Assembly: GCA_027450205.1 (NCBI GenBank)
Contig: DAIDJL010000002.1
Coordinates: 93,758 to 157,757, forward strand
DNA from: Candidatus Parcubacteria bacterium
GTDB lineage: Bacteria > Patescibacteriota > Minisyncoccia > UBA6257 > 2-01-FULL-56-20
Direction: 5' to 3'
DNA: 64,000 nt
The translations under genes and the position numbers were made by a program. Each line of letters begins with the position of its first letter. Positions within the stretch are counted from its first letter, which is position 1. The notes beneath the pieces were generated by a model. It was given only the letters and a program-made list of their open reading frames with translations, did not search any database and was not told the DNA's origin. Shown here piece by piece: positions 12,984-23,673 of this stretch.

Positions 12984-13181
12984 TGCAGGCGCGAATCGCT
13001 TTTAACCTGAACAACAGGCGTATTGATTATACTTAATTTTTTAAAAAAATCAAAATAGTTCTGCGGGGTATCGGACCAAATTCGAACCTATTTTCGGCAG
13101 TTTTCTAATGATTTTGCTGTCTAATATGGAACATGCTATAACCTAGGTAGTAATTATCTCAGCGAAAAAGGAGGGCTACCA

Positions 13182-13748
13182 ATGCCCAGCTTGAAAGTTT
13201 GGAGACTGATCGGAAATGGATTCGTGGGAGTCCTGATCCTGGCGATAGGGAGCTTTGGGTTCTATGTGCTCCCCGCTTCGACAATGCATCACATCATGCC
13301 GTATGCAGGCAGCATGAAAGTCGCCATGAAGGCGCTGTTCTATGCCCCGATTTTCATCCCCACAATCGTCGTGCTCGGCACTCTGGGGTGTTACTATCGC
13401 TTTGAGCGAAGATTCCAAGACGTGTTTCTTTCACTCTTTTTCTTGATGTTCATCACTTCCTTTGTTGCGGTCTTTTTCTATGAAGGAGCGCAGCAGGATT
13501 TTTTGGACAATCATATCGTCTACCAAGGGAATTGCCGGTCGTTTGGCGTCGCAGTCCAAGTAAATGGCAACAGCAGGGATCTTTACGCCAACTTCGCCTG
13601 CGACAACAATCCGGGTTATGTTTTCAGGATATGGGATCCGGATGTCATCGCCTATGTAGCGAATCATCCAGGAGCTCAACCGCTCGCGTATCGACTTTCG
13701 GCGGGGTATACTCTTTCGCCGATTAACACAGTTGCTGAAGTAAAGTAG
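13182..13748 (+). CDS. Hypothetical membrane protein
   Basis: AAGGAGG RBS, three TM segments and a downstream terminator. Confidence 0.7.
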   Translation: MPSLKVWRLIGNGFVGVLILAIGSFGFYVLPASTMHHIMPYAGSMKVAMKALFYAPIFIPTIVVLGTLGCYYRFERRFQDVFLSLFFLMFITSFVAVFFYEGAQQDFLDNHIVYQGNCRSFGVAVQVNGNSRDLYANFACDNNPGYVFRIWDPDVIAYVANHPGAQPLAYRLSAGYTLSPINTVAEVK

Positions 13749-13772
13749 TCAACAATCTGAAGAAGTCATTAG

Positions 13773-13808
13773 GGGCGATCCTCATTAAAGATGGATCGCC
13801 TTTTTCTT
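13773..13808 (+). terminator. Rho-independent terminator
   Basis: GGCGATCC...GGATCGCC stem followed by a T-run. Confidence 0.65.
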
Positions 13809-13919
13809 TGTGTATTATTCAGCAAACGTGCTTAATCCGTTAAACGGATTTAGTGCTCCAGGCAGGACTCGAGCCCACAATCCAATTCTTTTCCGTTTGC
13901 TATTTTTGATACACATCGC

Positions 13920-14055
13920 GGGATTGGCACAGGCGCTGCCTTATGTGTTTTTGAGGGGCTTCGGAGCCGCCAAAGGGCGGCGAGACGGAGCGCGCGGCCA
14001 GCAGGCCGCGACGCGTACCCGAGAAAACGCATAAGGCAGCGCCTGTGCTAATCCC
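13920..14055 (+). repeat. Long intergenic palindrome (32-bp arms, GC-rich interior)
   Basis: 13920-13951 and 14024-14055 are inverted repeats. The two mismatches are both G.T pairs on the + strand. Confidence 0.85.
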
Positions 14056-14078
14056 CTCGTTTCATCTAAAATAGAGGA

Positions 14079-15614
14079 ATGGCAAAGAAAACCATGGTGC
14101 TCATCGTGCTCGATGGATGGGGTATTGGAAGGGACGACTTTACGAATCCGCTCTGGGTGGCAAAGCCTCCCACGTTCGAGTGGCTTGCGCAAAATTACCC
14201 CGTCACAAGCCTGCAGGCATCCGGCATCGCCGTCGGGCTTCCGTGGGGCGAGGTCGGCAACAGCGAAGTGGGACACCTTACGCTCGGCGCGGGGAAGGTC
14301 GTCTATCAGTATTACCCGAAGATCACGATGGCCATCCAGGACGGCAGCTTCTTTGAGAACGCGGTGCTCAAGGCCGCCTGCGCGCACGCGCGTGAGAACG
14401 GCGGCGCGATCAACTTTGCGGGACTGCTCACGAAGGCGAACGTGCACGCGTCGCTCGAGCACCTGCAGGCGCTCATCAAAATGGCGCAGCAGGAAGGCGT
14501 GACGAAGATAAACCTGCACCTCTTCGGCGATGGAGAGGACAGCCCGCCGCGGTCGATCGAAAAATTCCTCGGTGAACTGCCGGGGGAATATCTCGCGAGC
14601 CTCGTCGGCCGCTATTATGCGATGGACCGCAACCAGAACTGGCGGCTTACGCAGACCGCGTACGACGCGATGGTCGGCACCGCGGGCGCGGTCGTGGAAG
14701 ATCCCATGGCGGCGGTCGAAAAAATATTCACACAGGGCACCACCGAAGAATATCTTCCTGCGCTCCGATTTTCGGACGATAAAAAACTGCAGGACGGGGA
14801 CGCGCTCGTGTTCTTCAATTACCGCGAGGACAGCATCCGCCAGCTCGCATCCGCGTTCATCACGAAAGGATTCGATCATTTTCCGATCGTGCCGTTGCAC
14901 AACGTGTATATCGCGACGTTCACCCATTACGACGACGCGCTCGACGCGCCGGTCGCGTTCCCCGCAGATAATGTCACGGACCCGATCGGGAAGGTGCTAA
15001 GCGACGCCGGCGCGACCCAGCTGCGGCTTGCCGAAACGTACAAATACGCGCACGTCACCTATTTCTTCAACGGCCTCCGCGAACCGCCGTACAAAGGGGA
15101 GTACCGGACCCTCGTGCCGTCAAATACGAATCCCCATCCCGAAGAGCATCCCGAGATGATGGCGGCCGCGGTCACCGACCGCCTTATCGAATCCATCCAG
15201 AGCCGCGGATTTGATTTTATTCTCGTGAACTACGCGAACCCCGACACGATCGCGCATACCGCCAACTTCAACGCCGCGCTCGAGGCCATAAAAGTGATCG
15301 ATGCGCAGATCTCGCGCATCGTAAAGGCCGCTGACAACCCCGACACGCTCCTCTTCATCACCTCCGACCACGGGAACATAGAAGTGATGCTTGATAAGGT
15401 CACGGGCGAACCCGAAAGCTCGCACGATGCCAGCCCCGTGCCGTTCTATCTCGTCGGCCAGCAGTTCCGCGGACGCAAATTTGTGAACGGCGACCGGCTG
15501 GCGCTTGAGACGCTTGGCTCCCTCGCCGACGTTGCGCCGACGATCCTTGCCATAATGGGGATCCCCAAGCCGCCGGACATGAGCGGAAACAGCCTGTTGG
15601 ACGGGCTGATCTAA
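14079..15614 (+). CDS. gpmI: 2,3-bisphosphoglycerate-independent phosphoglycerate mutase
   Basis: LDGWG, GNSEVGH, GRYYAMDR, ETYKYAHVTYFFNG and SDHGN. Confidence 0.96.
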   Translation: MAKKTMVLIVLDGWGIGRDDFTNPLWVAKPPTFEWLAQNYPVTSLQASGIAVGLPWGEVGNSEVGHLTLGAGKVVYQYYPKITMAIQDGSFFENAVLKAACAHARENGGAINFAGLLTKANVHASLEHLQALIKMAQQEGVTKINLHLFGDGEDSPPRSIEKFLGELPGEYLASLVGRYYAMDRNQNWRLTQTAYDAMVGTAGAVVEDPMAAVEKIFTQGTTEEYLPALRFSDDKKLQDGDALVFFNYREDSIRQLASAFITKGFDHFPIVPLHNVYIATFTHYDDALDAPVAFPADNVTDPIGKVLSDAGATQLRLAETYKYAHVTYFFNGLREPPYKGEYRTLVPSNTNPHPEEHPEMMAAAVTDRLIESIQSRGFDFILVNYANPDTIAHTANFNAALEAIKVIDAQISRIVKAADNPDTLLFITSDHGNIEVMLDKVTGEPESSHDASPVPFYLVGQQFRGRKFVNGDRLALETLGSLADVAPTILAIMGIPKPPDMSGNSLLDGLI

Positions 15615-15635
15615 AACGGATGCTATAATGGAACA

Positions 15636-16004
15636 ATGCACTGGCTCGCGCGTCTCGTAATAGTAGTGGGCGGCAACGCGATCGCGCTCTGGATCGCGAA
15701 TGCCTTCGTGCCGGGCTTCGTGCTCTCCGGCAACTGGCTCGTCATCATCCTCATCGCGCTCGTGTTCGCCCTGCTTAACTTCTTCCTGAAGCCCCTCCTT
15801 ACGCTCATTCTCGGCCCGGTCATCGTGCTGACCCTCGGGCTCGGCGTCCTTGTAGTGAACGCCATCATCCTCTACCTCCTCCCCGTCATCGCCGATCACA
15901 TTGACATCCTGCGTGGGAGTATTATGATACAGAACATTCCGGCGCTCATCTTCGCCACCCTTATCGTAAGCATCATCAACTTCATCATTCACGTCGCATT
16001 ATAA
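15636..16004 (+). CDS. Phage holin family / YvlD-like membrane protein
   Basis: Four TM segments with an LLNFFLKPLL...LTLGL...VVNA pattern. Confidence 0.8.
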   Translation: MHWLARLVIVVGGNAIALWIANAFVPGFVLSGNWLVIILIALVFALLNFFLKPLLTLILGPVIVLTLGLGVLVVNAIILYLLPVIADHIDILRGSIMIQNIPALIFATLIVSIINFIIHVAL

Positions 16005-16020
16005 TCTTTTCTCACCGCCC

Positions 16021-16242
16021 ATGACCCTCGCCATTATCCAGATCATCCTCTCCGTGCTCATCATCGCGCTCATCCTTTTGCAGGAACGGTCTTCCGGCAT
16101 GTCGGGGCTCATGGGCGGCAGCGGCGAGGGATATTACCAGGCGCGCCGCGGCATGGAGAAACTGGTCTTTTATTCAACGATCGTCCTATCGGTGGCGTTC
16201 GTCGCGCTCGCGATATACCAGCTTTTCATCCAGACGCATTAA
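16021..16242 (+). CDS. secG: Preprotein translocase subunit SecG
   Basis: Two TM segments with ILLQ...G..GG...RRGMEK. Confidence 0.9.
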   Translation: MTLAIIQIILSVLIIALILLQERSSGMSGLMGGSGEGYYQARRGMEKLVFYSTIVLSVAFVALAIYQLFIQTH

Positions 16243-16251
16243 TTTTTAAAT

Positions 16252-17898
16252 ATGTGGCCCAAGAAGGTCTTTGCCGCGCTCACTAAAAAAGAACGCATTA
16301 CATTCGTTCTGGCCCTCGCCGGAGCGGTCGTCAGTTTTGCGGTCGTGATGGGATTTGTGATCGCCCAGACCACCAGGGCCGTGCCCACGGTCGGCGGCGA
16401 ATACACGGAAGGCATGCTCGGCCAGCCGGAATATATCAATCCGGTCATCGCCTCATCGCAGGCCGACCTTGACCTGGTAAAGATGGTCTATAGCAACCTG
16501 CAGGACCTTTCCGACAGCATTACGCCGAGCGCAGACCTTAAAACGTGGGATGTACGCCTTAAGCAGGGACTCACCTGGCAGGACGGGCAACAGCTTACGA
16601 GCGATGACGTGATCTTTACCGTACAATCCATCCAGAACCCCGATGCAAAATCCCCGCTGGCGGAAAGCTGGCAGGGCGTCACCGTCAACCGCGTAAGCGA
16701 GCTCGAGGTGCAATTCACGCTCACCAACCCCTACGCGTTCTTCGGCGACACGCTCGACAATCTTTATATCCTGCCGAAGCATCTTTTTGCGGACACGCCG
16801 CCGGGCAACTGGCATCTTTCCGACTACAACCTGAAGCCGGTCGGCAGCGGCCCGTATCAATTCGTTTCGTACGACAAAAACAGCGACGGGTTCATCTCTT
16901 CGTATCAGCTTGCTGCGTGGAACGGGACGGTTGAAGCGCACCCGCTCATTCAAAATTTCACCATTAATTTTTTCAATGACGAGAACACGCTCGTGCAGGC
17001 GTTCAATGACGGGATGATCGACGGGTTCGGCAATGCTTCGCCCGAGGACATCGCGGAGATAACGCGTCCGGACAACACCTTCGCATGGCCGACGTCGGCG
17101 TATTACGCGGTGTTCTTCAATCAAAGCGTCAACCTCGGCCTGCAGGACCCGGCGGTGCGCGAGGCGCTCTCGGTGGCGGTGGATCGCAACGCACTGATCA
17201 ACGCCGCGCTCGGCGGCAATGGCACGCCGGCGTACGGGCCGATCCCGCAGGGCGCGCAAAACTACAGCGCCGTCACTCCGGTCACATCTTCCGCAGCGTT
17301 CGCCGAGAGCCTGCTTGATAACGCCGGCTGGACCATGAGCAGTTCAAGCGTGTTCCGCTCAAAAACGATCAAGGGCGTCACCGTGCCGCTCGTCGTAAAC
17401 CTGACCGTGCCGCAGATCGATTTCCTTGCAAAGACCGCAAGCTATCTCCAGACCGCGTGGCAAGCCATCGGCGTACAGGTGAACGTGATCCCCGTCGCGT
17501 CGAACGACATCGTGAACAGCCTCATTCCCGCACGCAACTATGAATCGCTCCTCTTCGGCAACGTGCTCGGCCCGAGCTCGGACCTCTATTCATTCTGGGA
17601 TTCCTCGCAGGATTTCGCGCCGGGGCTCAATCTATCGCTTTATAACAATCCGACCGTGAATTCGCTCATCGAGCGGGCGCGGCAGAACACGTCAAGCACC
17701 GCGATCGCAAACGAGCTCGCCGCGGCGCAGGCGGACATCGTTGCCGACTATCCCGCCGTCTTCCTGTATTCCCCCGACTATGTGTATGTGTCCAACAAGA
17801 CCATACAGGGCATCTCTCCCGGCTTCCTTACCGACCCCTCGGACCGGTTTCGGGAAGTGGAGGGCTGGTATCTGAACACCGCGCGGGTGCTCAAATAA
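16252..17898 (+). CDS. Peptide ABC transporter substrate-binding protein (family 5)
   Basis: WQDGQQLTSDDVIFT, PVGSGPY and VREALSVAVDR. Confidence 0.88.
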   Translation: MWPKKVFAALTKKERITFVLALAGAVVSFAVVMGFVIAQTTRAVPTVGGEYTEGMLGQPEYINPVIASSQADLDLVKMVYSNLQDLSDSITPSADLKTWDVRLKQGLTWQDGQQLTSDDVIFTVQSIQNPDAKSPLAESWQGVTVNRVSELEVQFTLTNPYAFFGDTLDNLYILPKHLFADTPPGNWHLSDYNLKPVGSGPYQFVSYDKNSDGFISSYQLAAWNGTVEAHPLIQNFTINFFNDENTLVQAFNDGMIDGFGNASPEDIAEITRPDNTFAWPTSAYYAVFFNQSVNLGLQDPAVREALSVAVDRNALINAALGGNGTPAYGPIPQGAQNYSAVTPVTSSAAFAESLLDNAGWTMSSSSVFRSKTIKGVTVPLVVNLTVPQIDFLAKTASYLQTAWQAIGVQVNVIPVASNDIVNSLIPARNYESLLFGNVLGPSSDLYSFWDSSQDFAPGLNLSLYNNPTVNSLIERARQNTSSTAIANELAAAQADIVADYPAVFLYSPDYVYVSNKTIQGISPGFLTDPSDRFREVEGWYLNTARVLK

Positions 17899-17908
17899 AT
17901 TCAATATC

Positions 17909-18664
17909 ATGGAAAATTATTATTCTTCCGTCGCCCCGATCATCGAAGAGGCAGGCGTTGAACTAAGAAAAGGGTTTGGACAGGCCGATGCCGTAGCTTT
18001 CAAATCCACCCACCATGGTTCTGCGGTCACTGAATTCGATCGAAATATAGAACGGCTCATCGCTCAGCGGCTGGGCAAGATCTATCCCGATATAAGATTC
18101 TTCGGCGAAGAGTTCGGAGGAGATGATAAAGCGGAACGGTTTTGGCTTGTTGACCCCATCGACGGCACTTCGAATTTTATCCGAGGCCTTCCATTTTCAA
18201 CCACGATGATAGCTCTCATCCAGGAAGGATGTCCCGTCTTTTCAATCATTTACAATTTTATGACAAAAGAAATGTATTCTGCCGCGAAGGGAGCGGGGGC
18301 GACGTTGAATGGTAATGCTATCCATGTAAGCAATCGCCCGCTCGACCACTCTTACGTCTTTGTAGAAACCAATAAGCATAAAAAGGAGAATCTTGAAAAA
18401 TATCTCCACATTAATCAAAAATTCAGTATCTACGCCACCAAAAATAGCGGATTTGAATATTGCATGGTGGCAAGCGGAAAGATAGAAGGGCGTATAACGT
18501 TCGGCGATCCTCCCGGCAAGGATTGGGATTATGCTCCCGGCGCCCTGTTAGTCGCCGAAGCCGGCGGCATAGTTAAAAATCTCGGTAGCAATACATATGA
18601 TTATCGGAACCACGAGTTCATAGCGGCGAATGAGGAAGTCTATGGAGAATTGAGCAGTCTGTAA
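17909..18664 (+). CDS. Inositol monophosphatase family protein
   Basis: GEE, WLVDPIDGTSNF and WDYAPGALLVAEAGG. Confidence 0.92.
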   Translation: MENYYSSVAPIIEEAGVELRKGFGQADAVAFKSTHHGSAVTEFDRNIERLIAQRLGKIYPDIRFFGEEFGGDDKAERFWLVDPIDGTSNFIRGLPFSTTMIALIQEGCPVFSIIYNFMTKEMYSAAKGAGATLNGNAIHVSNRPLDHSYVFVETNKHKKENLEKYLHINQKFSIYATKNSGFEYCMVASGKIEGRITFGDPPGKDWDYAPGALLVAEAGGIVKNLGSNTYDYRNHEFIAANEEVYGELSSL

Positions 18665-18685
18665 TAAAAATATTTAAAGATTTTA

Positions 18686-18846
18686 TCCCTCCCCCATGGC
18701 ACACTATTGAAAAGCAGTTCGCGGAGGCGATGCCGGCTTGGTCGTTCATTCTGATGAACGCAGCATCGCCGAGCGCACAGGCGGACGCGCGCCGCAGGAG
18801 CGCGCGGACCGCCGGTGCTTTTCAATAGTGTGCCATGGGGGAGGGA
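18686..18846. repeat. Long intergenic palindrome (31-bp perfect arms)
   Basis: TCCCTCCCCCATGGCACACTATTGAAAAGCA (18686-18716) and its exact reverse complement (18816-18846). Confidence 0.9.
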
Positions 18847-18914
18847 GAGGATTGACTTTTGCGATATTCCCATGATATGCTTTAATCACTAAGACCGATC
18901 CTCCTTTTGAAGGT

Positions 18915-19451
<537 letters not shown>

Positions 19452-19478
19452 ATAAATTAAACACGCAGCAACATAACT

Positions 19479-21488
19479 ATGATCAAAAAGAACGAAAATA
19501 CAAATCAGGCGCCCGCGCAGAAAGAGCGCCCCAGAATAAAACCGCCGGAGATCCGGCCGCGTGCACCGATGCCGATACCCGGTAAACCCGGGATGACACC
19601 GGCCAGGCCCGCAGGCCCGAACCCGGCATATCCGCCGTCACCGCGCCCGGAGCAATCGCCCGCGCGCCCGCAGCGCGGCGGAGGAGGAGGCTCGCGCAGA
19701 GAAAAAGACGCCCGGCGCGAATTCCGGCACGGCCCCGGCGCTCCGCGCGCCGCGGGAACGCATCCGCAGAACTCAAAGATGGGGCCGAAGCCGCAGGTCG
19801 CGCGCGACCCGAACGAAAAATCAAATCCCGACGCGGTGCGCCTGGTGCCGCTGGGCGGCCTTGAAGAGATCGGCCGCAACTGCTCGTTCCTGGAGTACAA
19901 GAACGAGATCGTGATCATCGACATGGGACTCCAGTTCCCGGAGGAAGAGACGCCGGGTATCGATTACATCATCCCGAACATCGAATATCTTGAAAAGAAA
20001 AAGCAGAACATCGCGGGCATCATTTTGACGCACGGCCACTACGACCACATCGGCGCCCTGCCGCACGTGCTCGCCCGCCTCGGCAATCCGCCGATCTACG
20101 CGACCTCCATCACGAAAGCGATCATCGAGAAACGCTCGGACGATTTTCCGAATGCGCCGAAGATGAACGTAAAGATCGTCAAGAACGGCGACGAAATAAA
20201 GCTGTCGAACAATATGACGGCGCTCTTTTTCGGCGTGCCACACACGATCCCGGAGACGACCGGCGTGATGATGAAGACCCCGATCGGCAATATCGTGCAC
20301 TTTGCGGACTTCCGCCTGGATTACGACGACGAAGGCAACCCGCACGGGCTCGAGGAATTCGAGAAGCTCGGCAAGATGGGCGTGCACACGTTCATGGTGG
20401 ACTCCACCGCAGCGGAGCGCCCGGGGCACTCGGTCTCGGAAAAGACCGTTGAGAAGAATCTGGAGGAGATATTCAAGAGATCGGAAGGGCGCATCATTGT
20501 CGCCACCTTCGCTTCGCTCATCACGCGCATCGCGGAGATCATCAAGATCGCCGAGAAGATCGGCCGCAAGGTCGCGCTGAACGGCTATTCCATGAAGACG
20601 AACATCCAGATCGCGCAGGGGCTCGGCTTCGTCAAAGCAAAAGAAGGCACGATCATTTCCGTAGAAGAGGTCAATAAATACAAAGATGATAAGGTGATGA
20701 TCCTTTCCACCGGCGCACAGGGCGAATCCAACGCCGGCCTCATGAAGATCATCAACGGCGAGCACCGGCACATCAAGATCAAGCCGGGCGACACGTTCGT
20801 GCTCTCGTCGTCCGTCATTCCGGGCAACGAGCGCAGCGTGCAGACGGTCAAGGATAACCTCGCCCGCCAGGGCGCGATCGTCTACCACTCCGCGCTCGTG
20901 GACATCCACTCCTCCGGCCATGCGCCGAAGGATGACATCGCGCTCGTCATCAAGCTCCTCAAGCCGAAATTCCTCATGCCGGTGCACGGCTACTACTTCA
21001 TGCGCGCCGCGAACGGCCAGACCGCGCGCGAATCGGGCGTGCAGAAAGACAACGTGCGCCTGATGGACAACGGCCAGGTGGCAGAACTCACCAAAGACGC
21101 GTTCAAAGTGACGAAAGAAGAGGTCCCCGCTTACTATGTGATGGTGGACGGCCTCGGCGTCGGCGACGTGGAAGAGGTCGTCTTGCGCGACCGCCGCGCC
21201 CTCGCCGCAGAAGGCATGCTCGTGATCATCCTCACGGTCGACCGCGACAAGGGCCGCCTGCTCAAGAATCCCGACATCATCTCGCGCGGCTTCATCTATC
21301 TTAAAGATAACCAGGAGATCCTGGACGAGATCCGCAAGCGCATCCGCGGCCTCATGACGCGCATCCCGAACTTCAAAGAAGTGGAGCCCGATTACATAAA
21401 GACGCTGTTGCGCGATCAGGTCGGCCAATATCTGTATACGAAGACCAAGCGCCGGCCGATGATTTTGCCGGTGGTGATAGAGATATAA
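19479..21488 (+). CDS. rnj: Ribonuclease J with a Pro/Arg-rich N-terminal extension
   Basis: PLGGLEEIGRN, THGHYDHIG, IPGNE, HSSGH and RRPMILPV. Confidence 0.96.
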   Translation: MIKKNENTNQAPAQKERPRIKPPEIRPRAPMPIPGKPGMTPARPAGPNPAYPPSPRPEQSPARPQRGGGGGSRREKDARREFRHGPGAPRAAGTHPQNSKMGPKPQVARDPNEKSNPDAVRLVPLGGLEEIGRNCSFLEYKNEIVIIDMGLQFPEEETPGIDYIIPNIEYLEKKKQNIAGIILTHGHYDHIGALPHVLARLGNPPIYATSITKAIIEKRSDDFPNAPKMNVKIVKNGDEIKLSNNMTALFFGVPHTIPETTGVMMKTPIGNIVHFADFRLDYDDEGNPHGLEEFEKLGKMGVHTFMVDSTAAERPGHSVSEKTVEKNLEEIFKRSEGRIIVATFASLITRIAEIIKIAEKIGRKVALNGYSMKTNIQIAQGLGFVKAKEGTIISVEEVNKYKDDKVMILSTGAQGESNAGLMKIINGEHRHIKIKPGDTFVLSSSVIPGNERSVQTVKDNLARQGAIVYHSALVDIHSSGHAPKDDIALVIKLLKPKFLMPVHGYYFMRAANGQTARESGVQKDNVRLMDNGQVAELTKDAFKVTKEEVPAYYVMVDGLGVGDVEEVVLRDRRALAAEGMLVIILTVDRDKGRLLKNPDIISRGFIYLKDNQEILDEIRKRIRGLMTRIPNFKEVEPDYIKTLLRDQVGQYLYTKTKRRPMILPVVIEI

Positions 21489-21504
21489 GAACTGTCTGCC
21501 GTTC

Positions 21505-22245
21505 CTATTTCAAGAGCTCCAACAAATCATCTTTCCAGCCTTGATGGATCGCATCGGAAAGGAACCTATTCGATGGACACGTTGTCCTCGGGTTGATCTC
21601 GCGGTGACCGAAAATACGCTCGTGGGCGACCTGCGGATAACGTTCTTTGATGATGCCTGCTGCGGCAACGAGTTCTGTATCCGATGGTCGGGCGTTCTCA
21701 AGATCGCCGTCAAAACAGATTGCGATGCTTCGGCAGTTCATATCCCAGTCCCCGGCCTGCCAGCCAATTTCATCGTCGCTTAATAACCGCTCGACCACCC
21801 CATCGCTTCGCACAAACCAATGATACGGCCAGAACACTTGGCGACCATTACGAAAATGGCCCGAGTAAATTGGCCGTCCTTTTATTTTTTTATCAGCTTT
21901 ATATTTTGGCGCGGCGAATTCGGGAGCATAGAGGCGGATAAGTTCCATCCCGGAAAGCCTCTCCGTGGTCATACCGGGCGGATTGCTTGTGTGGTGGATG
22001 ATGACCGCATCGATCGGCTTGCGCTCGGCATCGGCATTCGGAGGATCGTTGTCGAGCGCAATATCACCAGCCGCAAGATGCTCGGCAAAAAAATCATAGA
22101 GTTCAATTTTAAGAAGTTCTTGCTCCGCATCGCTCTTCCCGCGCGATTGCCTGCGTAACTCTTCCAATTCCGGAAGGATCGCGATATACCAGTCGGAATT
22201 TTTTAAGAGCGGCGCCCAGCGTGATTTTATTTCGTCGATGACCAT
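21505..22245 (-). CDS. N-acetylmuramoyl-L-alanine amidase (Amidase_2 / PGRP-like)
   Basis: IIHHT, YHW, NCRSIAIC and GHREI...TTCP zinc-ligand pattern. Confidence 0.8.
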   Translation of the reverse strand: MVIDEIKSRWAPLLKNSDWYIAILPELEELRRQSRGKSDAEQELLKIELYDFFAEHLAAGDIALDNDPPNADAERKPIDAVIIHHTSNPPGMTTERLSGMELIRLYAPEFAAPKYKADKKIKGRPIYSGHFRNGRQVFWPYHWFVRSDGVVERLLSDDEIGWQAGDWDMNCRSIAICFDGDLENARPSDTELVAAAGIIKERYPQVAHERIFGHREINPRTTCPSNRFLSDAIHQGWKDDLLELLK

Positions 22246-22286
22246 ATGGTTTATTATAACAACCGCGCACGTGATATAATCACTAT

Positions 22287-23267
<981 letters not shown>

Positions 23268-23343
23268 CGCATTCGTTTTCAAATTATTAAAATTTGGTTA
23301 AAAAGTTTTTGACATGCCTGTCGCCGTCGCTACAATGGGGAGA

Positions 23344-23667
23344 ATGGCGGAGCGAATCACGCTTGAACAATTGGCGCAGGGCATCGGCGATCTTGGAACG
23401 ATCATCCATGCCGGTTTCGCGTACAACGAAACGAAGTTCGGGGATATAGAAACCCGCTTCACATCAATCGAAGAATATATGGCGAAAGAATTCGGATCCA
23501 TCAGAAATCGCCTCGACACCGTCGAATATGGGATCCGGCAGATGCAAAAGGATTTTGTCGCGTTGGACGAGGAAATCCGCGGCATCCACAAAGTCATCGA
23601 CAACCTGAACATCCGCGTCATGACGCTCGAACGGAATTTTGGCGCAGCGCCGCTCTTCCCGGCGTGA
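23344..23667 (+). CDS. Hypothetical coiled-coil protein
   Basis: Heptad-like pattern and a GGGAG RBS; the start is uncertain. Confidence 0.6.
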   Translation: MAERITLEQLAQGIGDLGTIIHAGFAYNETKFGDIETRFTSIEEYMAKEFGSIRNRLDTVEYGIRQMQKDFVALDEEIRGIHKVIDNLNIRVMTLERNFGAAPLFPA

Positions 23668-23673
23668 TAGGCG

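Noticed and set aside
19821-21428. 535-aa antisense ORF, and similar ones at 25420-27276, 57605-58876, 13941-14927 and 15120-15992
   Set aside because: Shadow frames opposite well-supported genes. High GC at third positions suppresses stops, and they have no recognisable motifs.
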